Assembly: GCA_934162535.1 (NCBI GenBank)
Contig: CAKPJC010000007.1
Location: 3,773-67,772 of the forward strand
Length of the DNA stretch: 64,000 nucleotides
Origin: an uncultured Clostridia bacterium
Lineage (GTDB): Bacteria > Bacillota > Clostridia > TANB77 > CAG-508
Direction: 5' to 3'
The notes beneath the pieces are model-generated. The model saw only the letters and a list, made by a program, of their open reading frames with translations, was not told the origin of the DNA and did not search any database. Below, piece after piece: positions 9,625-17,996 of this stretch (position 1 is its first letter; each line of letters opens with the position of its first letter). The translations under genes were made by a program, and so were the position numbers.

Positions 9625-9844
9625 AAAAAAAACACCCCGCCTTAGCCGTAAGATGCCTGAATTTTTAAGGACCTGTCTTCGACAGGTGGGTGCCTACTTG
9701 AATACTCATGGGCTTCTTACTACTCGAAAGTGTAAGCTTGCACGCCATACCCAAAGAATTTGGCCCCTCTTTAAACTTGTAGGTTCTAAAAATTCTGTAC
9801 TATACGCACTACGCAGGATATTTTTCTCAGTTACTTAACTTATT
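9625..9844 (-). ncRNA. structured small RNA, best guess 6S RNA (SsrS-like)
   Basis: A roughly 200-nt GC-enriched island sits in AT-rich intergenic DNA. On the minus strand it has TTGCAA-17-TATTAT with a TGc extended -10 (9851-9879) and ends in GCGGGGUG followed by U8. The 5' segment (..CCUGC..CAGAAUUUUU) can pair with the 3' segment (AAAAAUUC(A)G..GCGGG), giving a long imperfect closing helix as in 6S RNA. No RNase P (GAGGAAAGUCC), SRP or tmRNA signatures are present. The track ORF 9563..9838 is the antisense reading of this RNA. Confidence 0.4.
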
Positions 9845-9953
9845 ATAAATATAATAGCACACCTATTTTTTATTTGCAACTATTTTTTTGTTCAAATTAT
9901 TTCAATTTTATATAGTAATACTATTTTATCTCACTATTTTAAATTAATTCTCT

Positions 9954-10562
9954 TTATTTTAGTTCTTTTAATAATTTGACAAATGCCTTCTCTCTGTGAT
10001 TATGTGCTTTTTCATATTCTTCTGCTGGAAGCTCTGACATTGGCACATCATAACCATTAGGAATAAATATTGGAGAATATGTTAGTCCTCCAAGTTTTTT
10101 TGCTTTTTCTGCAACCGTTCCTTGGCATTCTCCTTTTGATACAATCTTTTTTCCATCTTTTAATATGCTTGTTAATACACATACAAATTTTGCTTTTCTT
10201 TCAGTGTCTCCTGTTTTTTTTATATTTGTTAATAACTTTTCTATACATTTTTCTTGTGTTCCATGTTCTCCTGCATATCTAGCAGAATATATACCTGGTT
10301 CTCCATTTAAACAGTCTACACATAGTCCTGCATCATCTGTTGTTATTATATCATATTCTATTTTATTTTTATCGCAAAAATCCTTTACTGCTTTTGCTTT
10401 TATTTCTGAGTTTTCTTCAAATGTTTTTCCATCTTCTTTTATTTCACCATTAAATCCAATGTCTTTTAATGATATTACATCTATATCTTGTTTATGTTCA
10501 TGTATTATTGCTTTTAAGTCTTTTACCTTATTTGCATTTCCTGTACCATATATCATTTTCAT
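9954..10562 (-). CDS. rdgB: non-canonical purine NTP pyrophosphatase (RdgB/HAM1 family, XTP/dITP diphosphatase)
   Basis: 202 aa: MKMIYGTGNANKVKDLK...TTDDAGLCVDCLNGEPGIYSARYAG...HNHREKAF, typical of Ham1/RdgB. Confidence 0.9.
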   Translation of the reverse strand: MKMIYGTGNANKVKDLKAIIHEHKQDIDVISLKDIGFNGEIKEDGKTFEENSEIKAKAVKDFCDKNKIEYDIITTDDAGLCVDCLNGEPGIYSARYAGEHGTQEKCIEKLLTNIKKTGDTERKAKFVCVLTSILKDGKKIVSKGECQGTVAEKAKKLGGLTYSPIFIPNGYDVPMSELPAEEYEKAHNHREKAFVKLLKELK

Positions 10563-10610
10563 TTTTATATTTCATTCCTTCCATATTAGCAATTCTACTT
10601 AGGAAATTTT

Positions 10611-11054
10611 TTATAGTCCCATTATTTCTTTTGCTACTTCATTTATTGTTTTTCCTTCTGCTGATGCTCCCATTTTTGCTTTTGCTTCTTTCATAATTGC
10701 TCCCATGTCTTTCATTGTTGTTGCTCCTATTCCGTCGATTATTTTTTGTACTTCTATTTTTATTTCTTCTCTTGTTAGTTGTTTTGGTAAATATTCTTGT
10801 AATACTTCTATTTCTCTGTTTGTTTGGTTTATTAAATCTTCTCTTCCTGCTTTTTCAAAGTCTTTTAGTGCATCCTTTTTTATTTTCACTTCTTTTGCTA
10901 TTATTTCTAATATTTTTTCATCTTCTACTTGTATTCCTGTATCTTTTTCAATTTGTAATATTCCTGCTCTTACCATTTGAACAGTATTTTTTCTTATCTC
11001 ATCTTTGTTTTTCATAGACTCTTTTAAGTCTTCCATTAATTTTTGTTTTAACAT
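10611..11054 (-). CDS. GatB/YqeY domain-containing protein
   Basis: MLKQKLMEDLKESMKNKDEIRKNTVQMVRAGILQIEKD... matches the YqeY family pattern. I place the start at ATG 11054 after GGAGGGA, not at the longer track ORF that would overlap the upstream gene. Confidence 0.85.
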   Translation of the reverse strand: MLKQKLMEDLKESMKNKDEIRKNTVQMVRAGILQIEKDTGIQVEDEKILEIIAKEVKIKKDALKDFEKAGREDLINQTNREIEVLQEYLPKQLTREEIKIEVQKIIDGIGATTMKDMGAIMKEAKAKMGASAEGKTINEVAKEIMGL

Positions 11055-11104
11055 TTTTATCCCTCCTAATATATGTGTTATGTTATCACATTCTACTTCT
11101 GATT

Positions 11105-11812
11105 TCAAGTATCAATTTCTAAGATTCCACCATAGTCAATTACATCTTGTCCTTTAAATTCTATTATTTCTACATTTCTTTTTTTTATAAAGTTTCTTAT
11201 TTGTTCATTTTTATCTATTTTGCTTAGGTCTCCAAATATTATAATTTTGTTTCCTATTTTTGATATTGCTCCTCCAATAAATCCATTTCTAGAACTGTAT
11301 CTACCATCTTTTAACAGCTTTATGTCTAGTTGCTCTTTTATATATAGTACATCTATTCCATGTGCTATTAATATTTTGTATAATCCTTTGTCTGTTACTA
11401 TTGCCGATTTTTCATCAATTACTGCTATTGAACAGTTTGTATATCCTTGTGTTGTGTTTATTATTTCATATCCTTGTTTTTCTAATTCACTTTTTATTTT
11501 TGAGTCTGTGTATTTAAAGTTGTGTATTGCTTTTTTCCCTATTATGCATATATTGTATTTTATGTCTTTTGGATATTTTTCTTCAATTAATTCTGCCCCA
11601 TATTCAAGTTCAATTTTTTGAGGTATGTCATATGTTCGGCTTGGTTCTATTATAACTTTATTTCCGATTTTACATGCAAATATGTCTACATGTGATGATA
11701 TTTCTTCATATACTTTTGGATTCTTTTTTATTTCTATTAAATTATATCCTAGTTCTTTTATTTTGTCTTTTTCGATTTGCCTCATTCTTGTATCTATTAA
11801 TATGTTTTTCAT
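11105..11812 (-). CDS. conserved hypothetical protein
   Basis: 235-aa ORF with host-like composition. It sits in an operon-like position upstream of the yqeY-like gene. No family recognised with confidence. Confidence 0.65.
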   Translation of the reverse strand: MKNILIDTRMRQIEKDKIKELGYNLIEIKKNPKVYEEISSHVDIFACKIGNKVIIEPSRTYDIPQKIELEYGAELIEEKYPKDIKYNICIIGKKAIHNFKYTDSKIKSELEKQGYEIINTTQGYTNCSIAVIDEKSAIVTDKGLYKILIAHGIDVLYIKEQLDIKLLKDGRYSSRNGFIGGAISKIGNKIIIFGDLSKIDKNEQIRNFIKKRNVEIIEFKGQDVIDYGGILEIDT

Positions 11813-11965
11813 TTTTCATTCCTTCTTACTACTAGAATTATAGCATTTCTTTTATATCTGTGTCAATCTGAATTTTTTTGTTCAAAACCCTTGTTTTTTT
11901 TGATATTTTGTGTTAAACTAGATATTAGTCAAATTTATTAATTAAATTAGGAGGTGCATTTAATT

Positions 11966-12163
11966 ATGGCAAAATGCGAAGTATGTGAAAAAATAGCTAT
12001 TCATGGAAATAAATTGAGTATAACTCGTTCTCATATAAGTAAAAGAGCTCCAAGAACATGGAAACCAAACTTAAGAACTGTAAAAGCAGATGTAGATGGA
12101 GAAATAAAAAGAATCCATGTATGTGCAAAATGTTTAAAAAATGGAAAAATAAAAAGAGCATAA
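11966..12163 (+). CDS. rpmB: 50S ribosomal protein L28
   Basis: MAKCEVCEKIAIHGNKLSITRSHISKRAPRTWKPNLRTVKADVDGEIKRIHVCAKCLKNGKIKRA. AGGAGGTG RBS before ATG 11966. Confidence 0.9.
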   Translation: MAKCEVCEKIAIHGNKLSITRSHISKRAPRTWKPNLRTVKADVDGEIKRIHVCAKCLKNGKIKRA

Positions 12164-12168
12164 AACAA

Positions 12169-12197
12169 AAAGCGACATCGTCGCTTTGTTTTTTTTG
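12169..12197. terminator. bidirectional intrinsic terminator (rpmB / convergent RNHCP gene)
   Basis: AAAGCGAC-atc-GTCGCTTT is followed by T8 on the plus strand, and the complementary A-run gives a U-run on the minus strand. A second 14-bp AT-rich hairpin follows at 12207-12237. Confidence 0.6.
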
Positions 12198-12254
12198 CCT
12201 TTTTTATATAATAGGAAAGTTATACTTTCCTATTATACAATTTGTTCCTTGTTC

Positions 12255-12569
12255 TTAGTGTTTTGCACTTAGTTTTATTATTTCATCCATATTGTCATCT
12301 TCTGCAATCTTGTTTTTTCTTATTGCACCACATTTCTTGCATTTAAACACTATTACATATCCTTTTTTCGCACTTGTTTCTATTCCAATTGGCTCTAACA
12401 TTCCATGACATGTTTCTGCTCTATCTCCTGGGTTTATATCTAAATGTTTTGAATGTAAACAATATGGACAATGATTTCTACATGTATACCCTAGTTTTGG
12501 TACCTTTTTGCCACAATTTTCACATATAAATTCTTCATCTATTTTGGTAAATTTACTACTTTCTAGCAT
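12255..12569 (-). CDS. RNHCP domain-containing zinc-ribbon protein
   Basis: 104 aa containing the literal motif CRNHCPYCLHSKH plus further CxxC pairs (CENCGKK, CKKCG). Confidence 0.8.
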   Translation of the reverse strand: MLESSKFTKIDEEFICENCGKKVPKLGYTCRNHCPYCLHSKHLDINPGDRAETCHGMLEPIGIETSAKKGYVIVFKCKKCGAIRKNKIAEDDNMDEIIKLSAKH

Positions 12570-14206
12570 TATCCTTTAAAATCTCCTCCTCCAAGGAATT
12601 CTTTTAATAATGAGTTTGATGGGACCATATTTTCTGGTATTGTTTGGAAGTATCTTAATATTTCCATAAGCCTACGTGCTTCTGCATATTCTGGTTCTTC
12701 TTTTGTTATCTCCTCTAATAATGGCATAATCTCATTTTTTAGTACTCCTAGTTCATATATTAGTGATGTATTAAATATGCTGTCTGCTCCTTCTTGGAAT
12801 GGATATATGTTGTTTTGTTCTCCTTTGTTTACATTGTTCCATGTAGCTATTGTTTGTTTTGCAGTATACCCTCTAAATTTATTGTCTCTTACAATTCTTC
12901 TTATAAGTCTTGTATCTGTTGTTGATATTCTATTAAATGAATCCATGTTTAATACTGTTAATGCACTTATATATACTTTGTATTTTTGTTCATGTGGTAT
13001 TTTTTCTGTTAATTTATCATTTAAACAATGTATTCCTTCTATAACTAATACTTCATCTTTAGCAAGTTTTAGTTTTTTGCCATTATATCTTTTTGTTCCC
13101 TCACGGAAGTCAAATTCAGGCATTTCAATTTCTTTTCCTTCTAATAATGCTAATAGATGTTTATTTAATAGGTCTCTGTCTATTGCTTCTAGACATTCAA
13201 AGTCATATTCGCCTTTTTCATTTTTAGGATTATCTTTTCTTTCAACAAAATAATTGTCTACTGATATTGTTACAGGTTTTATTCCATTTAGTCTTAATTG
13301 TATTCCTAGTCTTTGTGCAAATGTTGTTTTTCCAGATGATGATGGTCCTGCAATTAATATCATTTTTACATCTTTTTTCTTTGCTATTTTATCAGCTATT
13401 TGAGATATTTTCTTTTCGTGTAATGCTTCTGAAAGTAATATTAAATCTTTTATTCTATTTTCCTTTACTGCTGTGTTTAGTCTATATACTGTTCCTACAT
13501 TTAGTACTCTATATATTGTTTCATATTCTTCCATAGCCCATAATAGTTTCTTTGTTTCTTTGAATTTTGGTAGTATATTAACATTTTTACTGCTTGGGTA
13601 TCTAAGTAAGAAGCCATTACCATATTTTTGTATATCAAATATTTTTGTTACTCCTGTATGTGTTGCTACAACTTCATAAAAATAGTTATAGTAGTTTCCA
13701 CAATAATACATGTTTATTTCATTGTTGTCTTCAAGGTCAAATTGAAGTCTTCCTTTTGGTGTATTTGTTTTTTTGTAAAATTCTTCTGCTTCTTTTCTAG
13801 TCATCGTTCTTTTTTCTATTTTCATGTCTTTGTCAATGATTTCTTGCATTTTTGCTTTTACTTTTTGCATCATTTCTTCTGTGACTTCCATATTTTCTAT
13901 TGTGCAATACATTGCATTTGATAATTGATAGTCTACCACTATATGTGCTTTTGGATATGCTCTCCAAAATGCCATTCCCATTATGAATGTTAATGTCCTT
14001 CTATATATTTTCATACCTTCTTTTGAGTTTATATCAATTAATTCTATTTTTCCACTTTCTTCTAATGAATAGTCAAGATTTTTATATTCATTGTTAAATT
14101 TTGCTCCTACAACAGGATATTCGCTTTGTGCTATTTGTTTTTTTAATAATTCAGATATTTTTGTATTTTCTTCTGTTTGCATAATCATTTTTTTATTTTT
14201 TTCCAA
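12569..14206 (-). CDS. nucleoside/uridine kinase family protein with N-terminal extension
   Basis: 545 aa. P-loop ILIAGPSSSGKTTFAQRLG lies in the C-terminal half, typical of the PRK/uridine kinase family. TTG start with AAGGAGG 8 nt upstream. Confidence 0.8.
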   Translation of the reverse strand: MEKNKKMIMQTEENTKISELLKKQIAQSEYPVVGAKFNNEYKNLDYSLEESGKIELIDINSKEGMKIYRRTLTFIMGMAFWRAYPKAHIVVDYQLSNAMYCTIENMEVTEEMMQKVKAKMQEIIDKDMKIEKRTMTRKEAEEFYKKTNTPKGRLQFDLEDNNEINMYYCGNYYNYFYEVVATHTGVTKIFDIQKYGNGFLLRYPSSKNVNILPKFKETKKLLWAMEEYETIYRVLNVGTVYRLNTAVKENRIKDLILLSEALHEKKISQIADKIAKKKDVKMILIAGPSSSGKTTFAQRLGIQLRLNGIKPVTISVDNYFVERKDNPKNEKGEYDFECLEAIDRDLLNKHLLALLEGKEIEMPEFDFREGTKRYNGKKLKLAKDEVLVIEGIHCLNDKLTEKIPHEQKYKVYISALTVLNMDSFNRISTTDTRLIRRIVRDNKFRGYTAKQTIATWNNVNKGEQNNIYPFQEGADSIFNTSLIYELGVLKNEIMPLLEEITKEEPEYAEARRLMEILRYFQTIPENMVPSNSLLKEFLGGGDFKG

Positions 14207-14326
14207 GTTCGTTTCCTCCTTATCTCATTTTACTCCCTTATTATACTAATATTAATTATTTTTTTCAAGTTTTATGCATGAATATTTTTATTTTTTATGT
14301 GTATACTTATTTTAGAGGTGATTTGT

Positions 14327-14509
14327 ATGAAGTTAGATAGAGTAAAAAATATTTTAGATAATAAGGAAAAGGTTGATGTTTTTTATGATGAAAGACCCAT
14401 TTGGATTCAGGGAATCAATGATAATATAGCCAAAGTAGGATTTATTGATAATTTTGAAGAACGAGATGTTTTTATTGAAGATTTATATGAGAGAAATCTT
14501 TGGAATTAA
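14327..14509 (+). CDS. H-type small acid-soluble spore protein (SspH family)
   Basis: The 60-aa sequence MKLDRVKNILDNKEKVDVFYDERPIWIQGINDNIAKVGFIDNFEERDVFIEDLYE follows the SspH pattern (..RAKEI..S....V.Y.G.PIYI..V......A.V......E..V....L.E). GAGGTG RBS before ATG 14327. Confidence 0.7.
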   Translation: MKLDRVKNILDNKEKVDVFYDERPIWIQGINDNIAKVGFIDNFEERDVFIEDLYERNLWN

Positions 14510-14512
14510 CCT

Positions 14513-14541
14513 TTGACAAATATGAATTTTCATTATATAAT
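14513..14541 (+). promoter_or_regulatory. consensus sigma-A promoter driving the 14608..15297 ORF
   Basis: Exact TTGACA (14513-14518) - 17 nt - TATAAT (14536-14541). Confidence 0.5.
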
Positions 14542-14607
14542 TGGTTTGTAGTTAAGTTGGACATTGTGCCACATCGTAAAAAGGATTCTTTTTAAGGAGG
14601 GAGCTTT

Positions 14608-15297
14608 ATGGCAACCATTTATAAGATGGAGGTACGCGTTTATGGAGTACGATCTGTTTTGTGTAAACAAATTCCAGCAAGTTCACTTACGGTCAAAGAT
14701 ACATTCCTTCGGATAAAACCGACAACAGCACGGCAAGAAAGTTTCAGGGAAGAACTTATTACCATCATTAAATCTGGTATCCAGGACTTTTATCGTCCTG
14801 TGATGGATCCTTCTGTTGTTTTCAACAGGCTTCAGTATAAAGCTGGACATCCCCCAGCAGTTGGATATTCTTACAACTGGTGGCAAAGAAAAGCAGATAT
14901 GTTCATGCCAGAACATGGTAGTCGTCTTGGAACTAGGAGCGAGTATATCGCATTTCTTGGTTGCTTGATGAAGGAACTTCTGACTAAGGGTTTCTCTCTT
15001 AGTCATGTATGGCACATCATCTGTGATGATTCAAGAAGTCTTGGTCATTATAGAAACTCTGGAGATAATCGGTCTTCATTTGAATCTACTGGTAGCCGTC
15101 AGGTTTGCGAGTTCTATGACTTGGCAAACACAGCAAAAATCCTGTCAGAAAGTTCTGACCAGAAGTCTAACACTTTCTGGTATGCAGGTGGTGCATACTA
15201 TAACTTCAGTTCCATTAACCCATTGACTGATTTTAGCAGAGGTTATTTATCGAACCATGCTAATAGTTCTGCTGTTGGTTGGATTGTACTTTCATGA
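14608..15297 (+). CDS. hypothetical protein on a compositionally foreign (~40% GC) cassette; possibly FGE/C-type-lectin-like or DUF1566-like fold
   Basis: 229-aa ORF, ATG start, AAGGAGGG RBS. Hand GC count is about 40% against about 23% in the adjacent sspH. Composition is W/R/G/S-rich, unlike the host. Weak motif resemblance: SRLGTRSEYIAF, FYDLANTAKIL, WYAGGAYYN. Confidence 0.7.
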   Translation: MATIYKMEVRVYGVRSVLCKQIPASSLTVKDTFLRIKPTTARQESFREELITIIKSGIQDFYRPVMDPSVVFNRLQYKAGHPPAVGYSYNWWQRKADMFMPEHGSRLGTRSEYIAFLGCLMKELLTKGFSLSHVWHIICDDSRSLGHYRNSGDNRSSFESTGSRQVCEFYDLANTAKILSESSDQKSNTFWYAGGAYYNFSSINPLTDFSRGYLSNHANSSAVGWIVLS

Positions 15298-15337
15298 TAC
15301 TTCATGAACACTGATTAGATTAGTTCTAATCACAAAA

Positions 15338-15375
15338 AGAGATAAAGCCTGTTCTCAGGTTTTATCTCTTTTTTA
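15338..15375. terminator. bidirectional intrinsic terminator (foreign ORF / convergent rpsR)
   Basis: AGAGATAAAGCCT-gttctc-AGGTTTTATCTCT forms a 13-bp stem including one G-U pair. T6 follows on the plus strand and an A-run precedes it. Confidence 0.7.
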
Positions 15376-15392
15376 GTCAAATTTACTATATT

Positions 15393-15677
15393 TTAGTCTT
15401 TTGCTGCATATGGTAATATTGCTATATGTCTAGCTCTTTTTACAGCAAGTGTTATGTCTCTTTGATGTTTTGCACATGCGCCAGTTGTTCTTCTTGGTAA
15501 TATTTTACCTTTATCATTTATGAATTTTCTTAATTGTTCAGGATTTTTGTAATCTAAAACAAAGTTTTTGTCATTACATAATACGCATACTTTTTTTCTT
15601 TGTTTTCTGAACTTTGGGTTGTAATCTTCATCATAATTGTTGTTTCTATTATTTCTTTTTTTGTTCTTATCAGCCAT
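15393..15677 (-). CDS. rpsR: 30S ribosomal protein S18
   Basis: ...[63 protein letters not shown]. Start placed at ATG 15677 (MADKNKK) after GGAGGGA. Confidence 0.9.
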   Translation of the reverse strand: MADKNKKRNNRNNNYDEDYNPKFRKQRKKVCVLCNDKNFVLDYKNPEQLRKFINDKGKILPRRTTGACAKHQRDITLAVKRARHIAILPYAAKD

Positions 15678-15697
15678 TTCTAATTCCCTCCTCATTT

Positions 15698-16123
15698 TTA
15701 AAATGGTAAGTCGTCACTTGAAGAAACTTCAAAGTCTGCTCCTCCTGGCATATTTGTGCCAAATGTGTTTTCAAATGCAGTATTGCTTGCAGCTTCTCCT
15801 TCCCTTTTGCTGTCTGCAAAATATGCTTCTTCAGCTACAACTTCTGTAACATAGTGTTTTTGACCTTGGTCATCATCCCATGTTCTTGTTTGTATTCTTC
15901 CTATTATACCTACTTGTTGACCTTTTTTAAAGTATTTGCTACAAAATTCTCCTAACTTACTCCATGCAACTATGTTTATAAAGTCTGCTTGTCTTTCTTC
16001 TCCTTGTCTTACAAATCTTCTGTTTACAGCTAGTGAAAATGATGCAACTACTGTGTTATTTGTTTGTGTATATCTTACCTCTGGGTCTCTTGTTAATCTA
16101 CCCATTAAAATTACTTTGTTCAT
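15698..16123 (-). CDS. ssb: single-stranded DNA-binding protein
   Basis: [35 protein letters not shown]... OB fold with an acidic tail ...SSSDDLPF. Classic rpsF-ssb-rpsR context. Confidence 0.92.
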   Translation of the reverse strand: MNKVILMGRLTRDPEVRYTQTNNTVVASFSLAVNRRFVRQGEERQADFINIVAWSKLGEFCSKYFKKGQQVGIIGRIQTRTWDDDQGQKHYVTEVVAEEAYFADSKREGEAASNTAFENTFGTNMPGGADFEVSSSDDLPF

Positions 16124-16170
16124 ATATTTATCCTCTACCTTTCTACTCTAATTAAGGCCCCTGTTCCTAA

Positions 16171-16455
16171 TTAATCTTCTTTTCTTATTGTGATGAATTT
16201 TAATACTTCATCTGTGATTCTGTAAACTCTTTCAAGTTCTTTTATTGCCTCTGGATTAGCTTCAAAGTCAAATTGGATATAATATGCTTCATTGAATTTT
16301 TTTATTTCATATGCTAGTTTCTTTTTACCCATTTTTTTTACGTTTTCTACTTTACCATTAGCATTTATTAATCCTGTAAATTTTTCTTCTAAAGCATTTA
16401 GTCCAGCTTCATCTAAATTGGGATTAATAATAATGATACTTTCATATTTGTTCAT
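16171..16455 (-). CDS. rpsF: 30S ribosomal protein S6
   Basis: MNKYESIIIINPNLDEAGLNALEEKFTGLI...YYIQFDFEANPEAIKELERVYRITDEVLKFITIR. Confidence 0.9.
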   Translation of the reverse strand: MNKYESIIIINPNLDEAGLNALEEKFTGLINANGKVENVKKMGKKKLAYEIKKFNEAYYIQFDFEANPEAIKELERVYRITDEVLKFITIRKED

Positions 16456-16572
16456 TATTTTTCACCTCCTTTTGGATATAAACCCATGCCTTTTGCATGA
16501 GTAAGGTATTTTATAATAGTACTTTTTTCTATTATAAAAAATAAAAACAAACGATTTCCCGTTTGTTTTATC

Positions 16573-16646
<74 letters not shown>

Positions 16647-16674
16647 ATGTACAACATGCTTGGGAAATTTAGTT

Positions 16675-16748
<74 letters not shown>

Positions 16749-16915
16749 ATTTCCCTTAACATTTATAAATTATAGTGTATTATTCGCATTTTGTCAATAG
16801 ATATTTGAAAATTTTTTTATTTTTTTGAAATTTTTTTTAAACTGTTTATATTTTATTTTTTTTGTGATACAATACGACAAAAGAATATATTTTTTGAGAA
16901 AGGATTTGATGTTTT

Positions 16916-17134
16916 ATGGAATTAAATAAATGTACTCGTTGTGGTGCCTTCCACACGAATTCTGGAGATGTTTGTCCAAATTGTAGTGCAAAAGATATGT
17001 TAGAGTTATCTACTTTTCAGTCATATATTGAACAAAATGGAGTTGATAATTCTATTGATGTAATAGCATCTGAAACAGGTATTGCACAGAAAAATATAAA
17101 TAGGTTTTTTGGATATCAAGATATAAAATCGTAG
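16916..17134 (+). CDS. small zinc-ribbon plus HTH-like protein (resembles the YvyF/TIGR03826 'flagellar region' family)
   Basis: 72 aa: MELNKCTRCGAFHTNSGDVCPNCSAKDMLELSTFQSYIEQNG...ASETGIAQKNINRFF. A CxxC...CxxC ribbon is followed by a helix-turn-helix-like tail. A hairpin at 17141-17170 follows. Confidence 0.6.
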   Translation: MELNKCTRCGAFHTNSGDVCPNCSAKDMLELSTFQSYIEQNGVDNSIDVIASETGIAQKNINRFFGYQDIKS

Positions 17135-17226
17135 CTTTTAATATACTAGGAGAGTATCACTTTCCTAGTATATTTAAAAAAGCCTTAATTATTAGATTTC
17201 GTTTCTAATAATTAGGGCCTTTATTT

Positions 17227-17970
17227 TTATTTTATATCACTATAGCTTTTGTATTTTCTATATACTATAAATCCTACACATGCAACTGCAACAACTATGA
17301 CTGCTATTGATTTCATTCCTGCATGAGGTATATCTTTTTTTGCTATTGTATTATCTTTTTTTCCACTTTCATTATCAACTTTTACAACTGTGTCATTACC
17401 TTTTGTTGTATCAGCCCCTGGTGTAGGAGTTGGTGTTGGGTCTGGGTCTGGTGTAGGAGTTGGATCTGGAGTAGGTGTTGGTGTTGGATCTGGTGTAAGA
17501 GTCCCTTCAGCAGTTATCGTTATTGATGCATCTTGTGATGTAGCAATTTGCTCTCCATCTGATGCTTCTAATTCTGAAAATACTACTCTTCCAGTTGTGT
17601 CTTTTTCAACTCCTGATTTTACTTTTAATTTTATTGTTCCAAGTTCTTGATCTCCTGTAGCTGAAAATGCAAAATTGAATTTACCGTTTTCAGGATTTAG
17701 CACTCCTGAGCAATCACTTGACGTGATTGCTTCAAAGAAGTCTGTATCATATGTTATTACACCACCAGCAGCATTTACTGCTCCACCATCTGCATTTGTT
17801 ATTCCAGATATTTTTATTGTGAATGTAATATATTCTCCTGGTTTTGCAGATGTTTTATCTGATGTTATTGTTAGGTTTGCAGTTAATTCATCTGCTGCTT
17901 TACACACATTTGGTATAAATCCTATAATCATAATTGATATTATTAAAATACTTACTAATAATTTTTTCAT
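17227..17970 (-). CDS. membrane-anchored cohesin-domain-like surface protein with Pro/Thr/Asp linker
   Basis: Signal peptide (MKKLLVSILIISIMIIGFIPNVCKA). The ~130-aa domain AKPGEYITFTIKISGITNADGGAVNAAGGVITYDTDFFE...GTIKLKVKSG...VVFSELEASDG fits the cohesin pattern. It is followed by the linker TPDPTPTPTPDPTPTPDPDPTPTPTP, a C-terminal TM helix and the tail YRKYKSY. Confidence 0.6.
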   Translation of the reverse strand: MKKLLVSILIISIMIIGFIPNVCKAADELTANLTITSDKTSAKPGEYITFTIKISGITNADGGAVNAAGGVITYDTDFFEAITSSDCSGVLNPENGKFNFAFSATGDQELGTIKLKVKSGVEKDTTGRVVFSELEASDGEQIATSQDASITITAEGTLTPDPTPTPTPDPTPTPDPDPTPTPTPGADTTKGNDTVVKVDNESGKKDNTIAKKDIPHAGMKSIAVIVVAVACVGFIVYRKYKSYSDIK

Positions 17971-17996
17971 TTTCTTTTCCTCTTTCTCTTGTTTTT

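Noticed and set aside
9563-9838. 91-aa plus-strand ORF in the dnaE-rdgB intergenic region
   Set aside because: It has no RBS and an R/C/T-rich composition unlike any host protein. It coincides with a promoter-to-terminator structured RNA on the opposite strand.
14608-15392. Diversity-generating retroelement around the 229-aa protein
   Set aside because: The C-terminus is N/S/Y-rich like some DGR variable regions. I saw no reverse transcriptase gene and no template repeat in this window, and the intergenic space after the gene is under 100 nt.
16456-16560. Possible S6:S18-binding autoregulatory leader upstream of rpsF
   Set aside because: Only a 5-bp hairpin (CATGC-aaaag-GCATG) is evident, which is not enough to claim the known leader motif without a covariance model.
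17390-17520. Short tandem DNA repeat (ggtgtaggagttggtgttgg...)
   Set aside because: It is the coding sequence, on the minus strand, of the Pro/Thr/Asp linker of the cohesin-like protein, not an independent repeat element or CRISPR.
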